NCBI GenBank assembly: GCA_951406725.2
Contig: OX597819.1
Location: 72,044,001 to 72,108,000 of the forward strand
Length of the DNA stretch: 64,000 bases
Source: Octopus vulgaris
Taxonomy: Eukaryota
Direction: 5' to 3'
The translations under genes were made by a program, and so were the position numbers. How positions within the stretch are numbered: position 1 is the first letter of the stretch; each line of letters begins with the position of its first letter. The notes below the pieces were generated by a model, which did no database searches, was not told the origin of the DNA, and saw only the letters and a list, made by a program, of their open reading frames with translations. Shown piece after piece: positions 1-13,238 of the stretch.

Positions 1-450
<450 letters not shown>

Positions 451-469
451 GCGCACGCGTGTGTGCACG

Positions 470-690
470 TGCGTATTATATGTGTTTGTCCCCCGTCACC
501 AGTTGACAACAGGTGTTGGTTGTCTTTACGTCCAGGTAACTTAGCGGTTTGGCAACGCCACTGACAGAATAAGGGACAGGCTTTATAGAAAAAAGGTACT
601 GCGTTCGATTCGTTCCTCTCAAATTCTTCAATTATGTGCCACAGCATGACCGCAGTTCAACGACTGAAACAATTAAAATAAGATAAAAGA
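470..690 (+). mobile_element. SINE family A, 3' half
   Basis: Matches the 3' half of full copies at 39352-39735 and 11945-12345 (tgtttgtccccc..ttgacaac..gtaacttagcggtt..cagcatg..gactgaaacaa..aaaaga). Confidence 0.85.
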
Positions 691-694
691 TGTA

Positions 695-992
695 TGTATG
701 GCTTAGTGGTTAGGGCATACGGCTTACGATTGTAAGGTCCTGAGTTCAATTTCCGGTGATGAGTCGTGTCCTTGGGCAAGATACTTATCTCACGTTGCTC
801 CAATCCACTAAGCTGGTAATAATGAGTAGTACCCCTTGTCACGTTCTTTGTCACGCTGAATCTCCCTGAGAACTACATTAAGGGTTCACGTAGTCGTAGA
901 GTGCTTAAGTACTTGCACATTAATTTCACGAGCAGGCTGTTCCCTTGATCACTTCAACTGGAGCCCTCGTCGTCGTAACCGACGAAGTACCA
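695..992 (+). mobile_element. tRNA-derived SINE family D (shares 3' tail with family C)
   Basis: A box TGGCTTAGTGG, B-box-like GAGTTCAATTTCC, gtgtccttgggcaag core; tail ttaatttcacgagcaggctgttcc..gtcgtcgtaaccgacg matches 19265-19335. Confidence 0.85.
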
Positions 993-1029
993 TATATATG
1001 TATACATACATACACATATATACATATAA

Positions 1030-1081
<52 letters not shown>

Positions 1082-1178
1082 CGTTTGCTAAATTTTCTTT
1101 TGCTAAATATTCCTTTCTTAGTGGTAAGACCAAAGGGGGTCGACTTCTAGCATAATAGATATCCACTTAGTGGTCATT

Positions 1179-1281
<103 letters not shown>

Positions 1282-1992
1282 ATAATAAGACAGGACAAGG
1301 AGAATCTGGTTTTCTCTACAACCCTTCACTTTTTTCTTTCCCTTTCTCTTACTCCTCCTCCTCCCTCCCGTCGCAGACACGCAACGAGAAGGCTACTACT
1401 GTTTTTCTGACCTGGCTTCCTTCAAGTGTGGACGGCTTTCCTTGTCTCTCTCGCTGTCTTCAAAGCGTTCAAAATATTTTCTCATTCGTTCTGGCTTAAC
1501 AGCCCTCAATGTTCGTGTTACTGTTATTCTCCTTGTCCTGTCTTTTACTGTTTATATTTTGTATTGTTTTTACTGTCCTGGTTTCGTTACCATCTTTACC
1601 CCTCCGCAAAAAAATCTCAAATTTTATTTAATTTGCTCTTGCGGGAAGGACTGTTTCACTGAAGTCGTGTCTCGCCTTTACCTTCGAACGCGGAGTAGAT
1701 GAAACACAGGCGGCTGAAGAAGGGGAATGTTCCTTAGTGTTGTATGTCTTGTACTCTCTTTTTTTTTTCGTTGTTTTAGAAAAATGTCCACTTCTTTGGT
1801 TTTGTGTTTATGTTTTCGTTTCTCATTGTGTTTGACGTTTTTTTTTTTTGATGTTCTGTACCCATATATGCATGTTTATATACATATATATGTAGTTACG
1901 TACATATATGTATGTATATATGTATATGTTTTATTTATTGTTTTGTTATTATATGATAGAACACACGCATCCTCTTCTAAAGTAAGTTTTTA

Positions 1993-2049
<57 letters not shown>

Positions 2050-2313
2050 CTATTGAGACAATATGAGACTATTGTTTATATATATATATATAAACAATAG
2101 TCTCATATTCCAAAAGTTATTCTATAGCGTTATAAAAAAATAGCACTTATTGTCACAGGTTGCTTAGCTTAATGGTCCACCGAGCTCAGCCGGAATTTGA
2201 GAGGTACAATTTTCGATTCCCTGTGGCGGCTTGCTACTGCCTTTTCTGTTGTCAGGGTATTTTCCCAAATTTTCTAAGCTATCCTGCGTTCGAAATTTCG
2301 TTTTCTTTTTCTA

Positions 2314-2361
<48 letters not shown>

Positions 2362-2756
2362 CCACGTAACGTCATGCATGCATGCATAAATAACAATACC
2401 GTGCTTACATGTACAGACCTAGAGTGCAGGAACAGAAATAAACTTTCATTGACTAATAACTTGCAATGGGAAGCCATCTATAATTAGATTACACTGCATT
2501 TTGTACCTTCAACACATGTGCTTGGTTGCACATTTGGCATTTTGGCAGCTAACCGATAAATGCAATGTATATGCCAGCTCACAGAAACATATATATATAT
2601 ATATATATGCATGTTTATGTGTGCATGTGTGTATGTAAAGCTGTGCTTCTGTATGTGCGTATGTACGTGTACGTGCGCCCCTGTGAGTATGAACATATAT
2701 TGAGTTTAATTCAGCTATATATATGTGAGTGGGTGTATTTGTCTATGTGTGTGTGC

Positions 2757-2809
<53 letters not shown>

Positions 2810-2896
2810 TAACTAAATCAGTAATGCATAACTTATGAATTAATGATAAATGTTTTATATTAATTAACACTGATTTGATTAAAAGTAACCCACCCC

Positions 2897-2989
<93 letters not shown>

Positions 2990-3027
2990 ATTGTATCATT
3001 CATATGTATACCTAGACTATATTTTGA

Positions 3028-3079
<52 letters not shown>

Positions 3080-3859
3080 CACACTCGCACGCGTATATGC
3101 TCATGTTTAGCTATTTATTGCCACGTAATATAAAGAATGGAAATAATACCTTCGTCGTTCCTGGAAAGAGGTGAGTGTGCAGTGACATCCACGATGTTCG
3201 TAAAAGTTGCACTAAGTGTATACTTGAATCTTTAAAACATACAGGTCATCGGCCTTCACTTGTCAACGGCATACATTGAAGGTAAGGGAGTGAACGAGTG
3301 AGTGAGTGAATGAGTGAATGAGGGAGGGAGGGAGGGAGGTATTTCTTCACGGGTAATCCAACCAAGAGAATGTTGAAATTTATGATACTGGGAGAATATA
3401 AAACGAAACAAAACTAAAACGGATAATAGTGAGATTAAACACTTCAAATTTCCTTTCTACTGTTGTTTTTTTTGTTTTTTTGTTTGTTTTTTTTTTTTTG
3501 TTTTTACGCTTGGTTACCTTCAGGTGTACATCAAAATATAAACCGATGCAAGGCAACGGAGCGCTAACGAAACTGTATGCCTTGTGATTATTCATCCGTA
3601 AACGTATAAACTGTAAAGATTGTGTTTAAAAAATAACCACAGTGGAGTAAAGATTACTGCTATAGATGTTGCCATGTTGCTTGACACACACCGGAAAACA
3701 CTACCCCTTGGTATCGAAAGTTGTTTTAAAGATATTTATTTTCATGGCTACACTTCGACACAAATGCTTACCTTTTATTAAGATTTCACTGTAGATGTTT
3801 TAGTGAATTCTTTCTTTCTTTCTTTTCTGTTGTATCGTTTAGTCTTTTCCCTCTTTGTA

Positions 3860-4230
3860 CTAAAGACATGCCAGGGCGCCACATGGATGTGGTTTAGTCG
3901 AAAAGTTCAAACCCAGCACTTAAGTTTAGTCTTTGAGCCCGGTATTCATTCTGTCGGACCTCTTTTGTTGAACTGCTGAGTTAGGTGACGTAAGCAAACC
4001 AACACTATAGTCAAGCGGTGGGGGTGAGAAACAGATACACACATTGCGCCACGCAATATCTGTGTGCGCGTGTGTGTGCGTGTGTGCACGTGTCTATGCA
4101 TGTGTGTTAAGTTTTTCACCCCCGTATGCATATATGTGTGTGTGTATATGTGTGTGTTTGTGTGTGTGTATACACGACGGGCTTCTATTCAGTCTACCAA
4201 ATCCACTCACAAGGCATGGGTCGATAGTTG
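3860..4230 (-). mobile_element. SINE family A, diverged, 5'-truncated, internal (TG)n
   Basis: Contains cgacgggcttctattcagtctaccaaatccactcacaaggc, the reverse complement of the family A body. Confidence 0.75.
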
Positions 4231-4984
4231 AAGAAACTGAACTCAAAACTGCATCAATGTAAAGCTTTTCTCCTCATTGTCGTCTGTCAAAGATATTCGT
4301 CTCAACACACAAGTAGCTTTGTTTGGATACCCACCATGGAGTAGCGATGATGCAGCGAGGAGTTTGACCTTCGCTTGTTTTCAGTACTTCCAGATATAGA
4401 GATGTTGCTTTCAGAGTATTGTAGCTAAGTTTTACGTTCAACAGCCCGAAGTATTCGAGTTGTTTAGGAGGTATTTGTATTTATTTATGTCAAGTGTTGT
4501 GGACTCTTTTGTTGCTTCCTCGAGTGAAGCTTCAGCAGAGCACAGCTAAAATATTGACCATTCTCCTTATAGCCACTTTGTCCGATCAGAGTCAAAACTG
4601 AAGACTTCCAGCAGCATCTTCCACCTATTTCCAAGCCCTCTTTCTCTTTCACCGCTGAACTTATGAAGAAAGTGTGATGGTGATGGTGCTACTGTCTTGG
4701 TTTGCTGTCCTAAATTTACAATGAGTATTATTCTAGTGGGGGTGCATAGGTTAGCGCAGAGCCAGTCCCATTCTCTCGTCCTTCAAATATGTATTGGTCT
4801 GGTGTAACAAGCGCCCATAGTTATGAGAATGTAGTATTTATATGAGGTTATCTTCCCTTAGATGCCCTACAAAAGTACCCAAGGGTCTCATCAGCCCCTG
4901 GTCCGTTGGGGTATCTGTAAGGGACCCTAATTTTCAGAGGTAATTTCCAAAGCATGCTTATTAACCCATCGCCGGAACGCTAAC

Positions 4985-5120
4985 AATTTCCACCACTCTG
5001 GGTCAATGTAGACCTGAGAATAATAGGGGCTAAGAAGAGGTTCCACGCTCCTCAAAACCATGGAACTTTCGAACTAAGGGCCTACAACAGGATGCAGTTT
5101 AAAATTATACCAAAGACAAG
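4985..5120. mobile_element. Interspersed repeat fragment (possibly RTE-LINE/SINE related)
   Basis: ccactctgggtcaatgtagacctgagaataat resembles ggtccaggtcataacggacctgggagtaatgg at 27426-27456; family assignment from recall only. Confidence 0.35.
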
Positions 5121-5530
5121 TTAGCTGTTACATTCCTATTAACATACAAACATCCAATTATATTTTTCCTTTTCTAATGTTTGCATATCTTTTTGCTCTA
5201 ATCTTGTATATATTGTTTTTCTTTTCATGTTTTCGTTGACTGCGTCATTAATATAAGGCGCAGCAAGATTAAAAGATTCTCCACCAATTATGCAATTTTT
5301 TATGATTATTATACATGATATAACTTCCTCTGATGCAGAGTGCTTCTTCGTTAGATGGCTATAACAAAGTTGTTTACTTGTATTTAGGTATAAAGTATGC
5401 AATTTGTTATATGCACATGTACTAAATGTAAAAACATCTTTACGCAGACGTACATCAACATAATATGCTCTAGGAGAATATTACATCTACATTTCCCAGC
5501 TTTTTTTTCTTATGGACGATGCTACATTGA

Positions 5531-5578
<48 letters not shown>

Positions 5579-5679
5579 GTGTGTGTATGTATGAATGTAT
5601 GTATATATACATATATATATATATAAATATGTCTATATATATATATATATATGTGTATGTATGTATGTATGCATGTATG

Positions 5680-5718
<39 letters not shown>

Positions 5719-5949
5719 ATATGTCTGTATATATATTTTTGTGTGCGTATAATATGTGTGTATATAATGTACATATAATAATATCATGCTATATGTATTA
5801 TACATTATATATATATATATATACATAATTGTATATATTTGCATAAAATATATATTTATATAATAGATAGGGTAGAGGTAAAATAATGTAAGCTAATACA
5901 TATGCAAGTATATAAAAATATATTATATTCGGATGTACAAACGCTGATT

Positions 5950-6205
5950 TCAAACTATGGGACAATGCCAGCAATTTCGGGGATGGAGGATAATCAATTA
6001 CATCAACCCCAGTGTTGAACTGGTATTTCTCTTATCGAATGTGAAAGGATGAAAGATAAAATCGCCCGCGAACGTAAAGACGGATGAATTACCGGCGTGG
6101 TGACGATTTTGTCAGCTCACCGTCCTAGTACAAATATTAATATTAAAACATATAGAGGGCCGCGAGCTGGCAGAACTGTAAGGATGCCGGATAAAATGTT
6201 TAGCG
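5950..6205. mobile_element. SINE family B: minus-strand copy (5950-6125) and plus-strand head fragment (6155-6205)
   Basis: ccccagtgttgaactggta..gaaaggatgaaag..cagctcaccgtc, then gcgagctggcagaa on the opposite strand. Confidence 0.7.
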
Positions 6206-6439
6206 ACAAATCTATAAGGTAATGCACAAGCCCTCAACTATGAGCCCTTTGCATGTTATAGTAGAAACAGGTGTAAGCTAATGAGGTTCATTATATGCCC
6301 TGTTTCCTTGTCATTTATATACACACATACACAAACACACACACACATACACACATATATAACGTTGAATTAGATTTAATATACATATACATATTGTACA
6401 TGTACATACATGTAGATAGAAAGATAGATAGATACTATA

Positions 6440-7110
6440 CGAATTAAATTTGTTAAAAAGTGTGTTTGTGTGAGTGTGTATATGTCTTGTATTTGTCGGG
6501 GAGGTGTGTGTCATTGTGTGCGTGCATGCTTGTGTGTATGTGTGTATGTCTGTGTGTTTGTGAATGTTTGTTGTGTATGTGTGTATGCTTGTGTGTATGT
6601 GTGTATGTCTGTGTGTTTGTGAATGTTTGTTGTGTTTGTTGGGATTGCATTGTGTGTATATGTGTGTGTTTTTCCTTTTGAGTGTGTGTGATTTTTTTAC
6701 TGGAGAACGGGCGTAATGTGTTTGGGTGTGTGTATGTGTGCATATATATACGTGTGGGGGGGTTGTGTTGTATTTGCGTGTTTGTTTGTGTATCTGTGTA
6801 TATGTGGTTGTGTTTGTGTGAATGTGATTTGTGATGTCAGGGTGATGTGTGTAGGTGTGTGCATGCAGGTGTTTACGTATGTGTGTGTGCGTGAGTGTTG
6901 CTAGAATCGTATTGCAAGTGTATATATGTGTGTGTTTTTTTCTTGGAATGCGTGTGGGTTTGTGCTCTAGTGTGGGGATATTGTCGTTGTGCGTGTGTAT
7001 ATTTGTATGTGTGTGTGTTTGCGTGGGCGGTTTACATTGTATTTGTGTGTGTGTGATTTAGTACATTGTATGCGTTTCTGTGTGTGTCGGTTGTGGTCGT
7101 GTACCTGGGG
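6440..7110. repeat. Degenerate (TG)-rich low-complexity tract downstream of the Penelope-like ORF
   Basis: About 670 bp of interrupted TG repeats abutting the GIY-YIG stop codon. Confidence 0.85.
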
Positions 7111-7115
7111 GGATG

Positions 7116-8091
7116 TTAGAGTATGTTGAGTTGTGGTCTGTATTTTTGAATAAGATTATTTTCCCTATTTATTCGTGTTTGGTCAGTGGTGCTGTCTGAG
7201 CATTGGTATAGTGGGAAAACTAGGAATTTGGGAGACTTGTTTTGCGCATAGAGATCTAAGTGACCACTAAGTGGTATCTGTCTTGTGGTGGGATCCCGCA
7301 ATTGTTGGCGGTGGACTGTCATCCTTTCTCTGAGGGTAAGGTTCGTTTGCCCTATGAAATATTTGTGTCACCCTTCACACCTTATGGCATAAAGCAAATT
7401 CTTTAATGCGCAGGTGAAGTTATTTTTTATAACAAAAGTGTGTCCCGACTGGAATTTGTATATTTTTCCTTCAATGAGATGGATGCAAGTCCTGCAGTTT
7501 GAACGACCACATTTTTTTACGGTGGGCGTTGGCTTGTGTTTGGTAATTTTGCATTGGTGAGTAGGTTTTTAGGGATTTGGGTTGTCTTTTGCTTTTTATT
7601 ATTTTATGGATTTCGAGTGCTTGTTTTTAGACGTGGGTCTTGACTCAGTACTAGGATGCTCTTGTATATAATTGTGTAAGCTTCTGCATTTCTTGGATTG
7701 TGTGTTGAGGGATATGGGAGACTATTTAATGTACAGTGTGTGTATTTCGGTTTTCATAAGTCTTGGGTAGCGATTGTCTTGGCCCGTTCTATTCCATTGT
7801 CAACTAATGATGTTGGGTAATGTCTTTCCAGAAGAATAGTTCTTGGAGTCTTTTATTTTGTGTTCTATAATTTGAGACAATTCTACAGATTCTTCTCGCT
7901 AGGTTGAAGGGGATGTTTATCTTCGTGTGCTTTGGGTGATTGAAGGTGAACAGAAGGTATTGTTTGGAATCAGTTGGTTTATAGTGGATGTCAGTTTCAA
8001 TGTTGGTGCCTTTTTTATAATAAGAATGTCAAGAAAAATAAGTTGATCTTCACTATATTCCATTGTAAATTGGATATGGATGTTGTTGATT
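7116..8091 (-). mobile_element. Penelope-like retroelement remnant (RT C-terminus, Cys-rich linker, GIY-YIG endonuclease), frameshifted
   Basis: Minus-strand translation: IQFTMEYSEDQLIFLDILI..YKPTDSKQYLLF..HPKHTKINIPFNLARRICRIVS..KKCGRSNCRTC..NLLYAIRCEG..FIGQT..LRERMTVHRQQ..RENNLIQKYRPQLN; typical PLE motifs. Confidence 0.92.
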
Positions 8092-8096
8092 ACATA

Positions 8097-8164
<68 letters not shown>

Positions 8165-8167
<3 letters not shown>

Positions 8168-8318
8168 GACGGGCTTCTTTCACTTTCCGTCAACCAAATC
8201 CACTTACAATGTTTTGGCCCGAGTCTGTAGTAGATGGCACTTGCCCAAGGTGTTACACAGTGGGACTGAACCCGGAACCATGCGGTTGGAAACCAAGCTT
8301 CTTACCACCACACAGCCA
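8165..8318 (-). mobile_element. SINE family A, 5' part
   Basis: Reverse complement reads atggctgtgtggtggtaagaagcttgg..ggttccgggttcagtcccactgtg..ccttgggcaagtg. Confidence 0.85.
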
Positions 8319-8879
8319 TTTTTTTTTCTTTTCATGAGAAAACATTTAGTGTAATTGTGCTGGTTTGAAAGATCTCAAACTAAATATTCTATTTCTATAA
8401 ACTCTGTTGTGAATATCGCTGCAGAAGAAAGAAAAGCTTATTTGTTAATAAGCAGTCAAATTGTGACGAAAGTATCGTCTGCTTTCTTCAAATTTTACTA
8501 TGACTTGCTACACTGTCGGAAGTGAATGTCGATGAGTAAAGCAAGCGTACAAAAATTTAGGTTAATATGTCTGAAGCAATATTAATTGGAGATTTAATTT
8601 AATAAATTACCCCCTTAGTAATCTTTAGTATTAAATTTAATGTTAGTGGTTAAGTGTTGTCGCTCAGACATCACACGCACAGTTACAAATAATTACTGTA
8701 GCCACAGTGTTATAACATAACGAACAGATTTGTGACGAGTAAATTTCATATAGCGTAAAGATACGACGCCACATGTGTCACATGACATAACTTGCATATA
8801 TATGAATGTGATGATTCTCTCTCGCTCTCTCGCACTCTCTCTCCCTCCCCTCTTTCAATCTTTATGTGTGTTTGTGGAT

Positions 8880-9185
<306 letters not shown>

Positions 9186-9545
9186 GTATTATTTAATATA
9201 ATATGGGTAATAAGTTTATATCGTGCTTTCCAAAGGTCTTCTACCATATGCTATGATAAGCAGGAATTCTCCTTTTACTGGATATACACATGGAAATTCG
9301 TTGATATCCATAGAATTCATACAAAAGAATTTTGAAAGGAGACGGAATGAACGGGCTCTAATCTAAATCACTACAATTGTTTCTGTACATTAATATCAGT
9401 TGATATTTGTTGAGAGTTTCACATATTATGTACATTATTGCATTTAATGATCCGACAATACTTTTGAATATGCATATCTTCAGATGAGTGGGTTTGAGAG
9501 CCCTGCTGGATCACCTATAGTTTCCCACTGTTTTATACCCATATA

Positions 9546-9840
9546 TAGGGTGCGATGGGTAAAATGTCGTCATTTTATATTTTCATTTCGTGCATGCGCA
9601 TTGTTTGTTTATAATTTTGTCGACAGTTGGGCACCGTCTGTGTAAAAACAGCACCATGACGCAATTCACTCTGCCAGAAATTTGGAAACGATATGCTGCA
9701 ATGCTTGGTTCGTCTTCATAAGAAATGAACTCCTGGGTTTGTTGGTAAGATTGCCAACGATTCCTCCAAGTCAATTATGTCCATCGCCTGGGATATGGGA
9801 GTGCCTGAGTGTTTTGTAAGGCATGCAGTGTATAAATACA
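9546..9840 (+). mobile_element. Tc1/mariner-superfamily (DD37D/maT-like) 5' fragment with internal deletion
   Basis: End (c/t)AGGGTG as in the 40247-40706 element; ATG at 9656 MTQFTLPEIWKRYAAMLG, then TPGFVG..NDSSKSIMSIAWDMGVPECFVRHAV (second HTH). Confidence 0.65.
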
Positions 9841-9918
9841 TTCCTAAATACAACAATATCTGTTTCAACACACAATTTCACATCAAAAATCTTGCAAAAC
9901 AAAAACAAATATATAAAC

Positions 9919-9984
<66 letters not shown>

Positions 9985-9987
<3 letters not shown>

Positions 9988-10985
9988 ACAGAAACAAAAC
10001 AGAGGCTATAAACACGCTGGCTATGCCTACGCTCACTTACAACTTCAATGTAATGAACTGGTCCATTTCAGCAAAGTTGATGCGAAAAGCCGAAACCTGA
10101 TGACAATGCATAGATCGAATATATAAGTCCGAGAAAAGAAGGAGATCGGGAATTAGTGCAATGTCAAATCTCATTGAGATTTGGAGTTTTCTGCTTATTT
10201 GCAGCTCGCAAACGACTGGATATTAAAGTTGGTTCTGAAATATGAATATACCAAAGAGTTGCACTCAGTGACGAAAAGAATATCTACCGACAAGAAATGC
10301 AAGAAATGCAGCTAAAAGAACCAGTACTTGAAGAAGATTTATCCCCGATTGACAAGGCCAATATATATATATATATAAACAAACATTCTGTCTGTATACT
10401 AAGACAGAAGTAAAAACCACTAGATGACAAATACGTGAATAGAACCAGGAACCCTTGTGTAGATCAAACTCTTACTCAACTTTGGTTGACATGCTCTAGT
10501 CTCAAACCATCCGTCCCTTCCAAATTGGAATTACCAGAGTAACGTTTTGAAACAGACAGAGGCAATCGACCACATCATTTCCGGATGCAACCGACTGGCA
10601 CCAACAGAGTTGACGCAAAGACATGACAGGGCAGCTAGGATTATACACTGGTCAAAATGCCGCACAAAGAGAATTTCAAAGAACACAAACCAACACGAGT
10701 TGTCCAGGATACAGACGTTCTTTCCTTTGGAATTTCGGTGTTCAGACTGATCGGGAACTAGAAGCTAACCGACCAGAAATCATTGTGAAAAGTGATGTTG
10801 AAAATCTTTCTCTTTTGATTGGTGCCGCAACCCCAGCTGACAAAAATACATCTCTGAAAATGTTTGACGAATTGAGCAAAGGACAGGACAACAGAAATAA
10901 GAATGTGGCCTCTCAAAGCAACAACATTACCCATCGTTTCTAGGACAGTTGGAATGATATCAAGAGGGGTAAACAAATAAGTGAG
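9985..10985 (+). mobile_element. Decayed RLE-type non-LTR retrotransposon (R4/Dong-like), 3' part
   Basis: NKTEAINTLAMPTLTYNFNVMNW (post-RT); EAIDHIISGCNRLAPTELTQRHDRAARIIHW (CCHC/RHD); WNFGVQTDRELEANRPEIIV (RLE PD motif); many frameshifts. Confidence 0.88.
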
Positions 10986-11254
10986 AACTTCATGTATTCT
11001 AAGTAAATTCGTCTCAAAGCAAATGCAACCCGTTTAATGCCTTTTTCTTCCCACAGACATCAGTTTTATGTTTTCAATTGCATGGTATCTATAGACGCAA
11101 TAGCTTGTTGTCCCTTGACATTTCTTGTCGAGGCCTGGGTATGGTATCAATACACGTAAAACTTTGTCCCTTGACGTCTCTCGTCGAGGCCTGGGTATGA
11201 CTCATTTAAATTGAAGCAAAGCCAAATAATGCGCTACTAAAAGAGGAAATTTCA

Positions 11255-11452
11255 CGAATGTGTGTAATGAAGAGAGTAGTGGTCATTACGGTAGTTTCAG
11301 TGGCGCTGAGAGCACTAACAGCCAGGTTGGAGGAATATGTCGGAGAAATTGGAATTGACACGAGAACAGAACATGCTAAAAAAACGGATCTATTGGGGAT
11401 AGCGAAGATTTTGAAATTGGTCCACTCACTGAAAGCTAACCGGAAGTGGTAA
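11255..11452 (+). mobile_element. 3' end of another R4/Dong-like LINE
   Basis: MKRVVVITVVSVALRALTARLEEYVGEIGIDTRTEHAKKTDLLGIAKILKLV parallels the C-termini at 50971-51174 and 61350-61580 (PVVIGALG..QKTALLGTARILR). Confidence 0.75.
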
Positions 11453-11558
11453 AATCGAAAGCTCTTAGAAGTAAAATGAAAATAAAGATATATAGTCACA
11501 AAAACAAAGCAGTACACATATACTTTAACTGGAATTACTTATTTGCTTCATTTTAACA

Positions 11559-11934
11559 TTATTACCCCCGCCTTGGCGAAGGCGGAGGTATTGTTTTCAG
11601 TAGCGTTTGTCTGTTTGTTTGTCTGTAGACAAGATCAAGGACCACTGGATGGATTCGGATGAAACATTCAGAGACGTTTGGCCTCGTGACTGACACGAAC
11701 TGATTAGATTTGGGGATTGATTCGATACCGGACAAGGATTCTGGATTATTTTTTCCTGTTTTTTTTTACTTAATTTTTGTGAGAGATCGAGTTCATTTTT
11801 AGTACTCTCCTTTGTGAGAGCAGTTGAGTTTATTTCAGATATTCTCATTTTAAAAAATCATCTCTGGCTCATCGTTGCGAGGACGTTGGTGTTGCCTTGG
11901 CGGAGGTTTGTGCTCGCTGAGTCCTCTTGTTTTT
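11559..11934 (+). mobile_element. Helentron-type non-autonomous element (HINE/DINE-like)
   Basis: 5' subterminal ACCCCCGCC with adjacent IR GGCGGAGGT, (GTYT)n tract, ggattcggatgaaac core, 3' GGCGGAGGT followed by a short hairpin (gctc-gct-gagt), T-rich ends. Confidence 0.78.
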
Positions 11935-11944
11935 ATCAATATGA

Positions 11945-12345
11945 CACAGGCGTGGCTGTGTGGTAAGAAGCCTGCTTCGCAACCACATGGTTCCGGGTTC
12001 AGCCCCACTGTGTGGCATCTTTGGCAAGTACCTTCTACTATAGTCCAGAGGTAACCAAAGCTTTGCATTAGGGAGACGGGAACTGAAGGAAGCCCGATAT
12101 TTGTATAAACCCATGTGCCTGTGTCTGTGTCTGCGTTTGTCCCCCACCACCAGTTGACAACCGGTGTCGGTATGTTTATGTCCCCGTAACTTAGCAGTTC
12201 GGCATGAGAGCTCGATAGAATAAAAACAAGACTTAAAAATGTATTAATGTTGATTCATTCGACAAAACATTTTTCAAGTTGGTTACCTTAGCATGGCCGC
12301 ATTCTAATGACTGAAACAAGTAAACGATAAAGAGTAAAAAGGAAT
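11945..12345 (+). mobile_element. SINE family A, full length
   Basis: caggcgtggctgtgtggtaagaag (A box), ggttccgggttcagccccac (B box), body, 3' gcatggccgca..gactgaaacaagtaa. Confidence 0.92.
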
Positions 12346-12529
12346 GATATTTAAAAGCAATTTCCATAGAGCCGATTGCGATAAACAAAAAACTAACCCA
12401 AAATCCTTGTTGCTGTTCTTTAAGATCTGGTATTAAAGATTAGATCGAAGCCATCATCTTTTAATGCGTGGTTATATATCTCAATTCATTGAGAATGCCG
12501 TAGCAAAGTGAAAGCAATCATTAGTAAAC

Positions 12530-12532
12530 AAA

Positions 12533-12564
<32 letters not shown>

Positions 12565-12742
12565 ATATATATCTATAGGTAAATATACTCATACACATAC
12601 ATACATGCATACATACACACATGCCCGCGCATACACGCATACACATACATACATATATACATACATACGAACATATACATACATACATGCATGTATACAT
12701 ACAGACAGACAGACATACCTATATACATACATATCTACATAG

Positions 12743-12785
<43 letters not shown>

Positions 12786-13151
12786 AACATACATACATAT
12801 ATACAAACATACATACCTACAAACATATCGACATACATACAAACATACAAACATGCATACATACAAACATACATATATACACATAAATACAAACATATAT
12901 ACATACATATATACAAACATACATACATGCAAACATATGCATACATACACACATACATACATACATACATACATACATACATACATACATACATACATAC
13001 ATACATTCTTACACACGCGTACATGTTCTCATCTAGCAAAGCGGTTTCAAAAATGATAATACACTCTAAGTTATTTTTCTGAACAGCAACAACAATCACA
13101 ACAACAATTAGCAGTGTGTACGTGTGCTTGCGTATGAGTGTGCGTGTGTGT

Positions 13152-13238
<87 letters not shown>

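Noticed and set aside
695-775. tRNA-like sequences (also 18985, 41300, 53615)
   Set aside because: SINE heads: A/B boxes are present but cloverleaf stems are broken and each continues into a repeat body.
4260-4660. Possible LINE endonuclease 5' fragment on the minus strand (FGLLNVK)
   Set aside because: Only one weak motif and no sustained reading frame; cannot be supported without a search.
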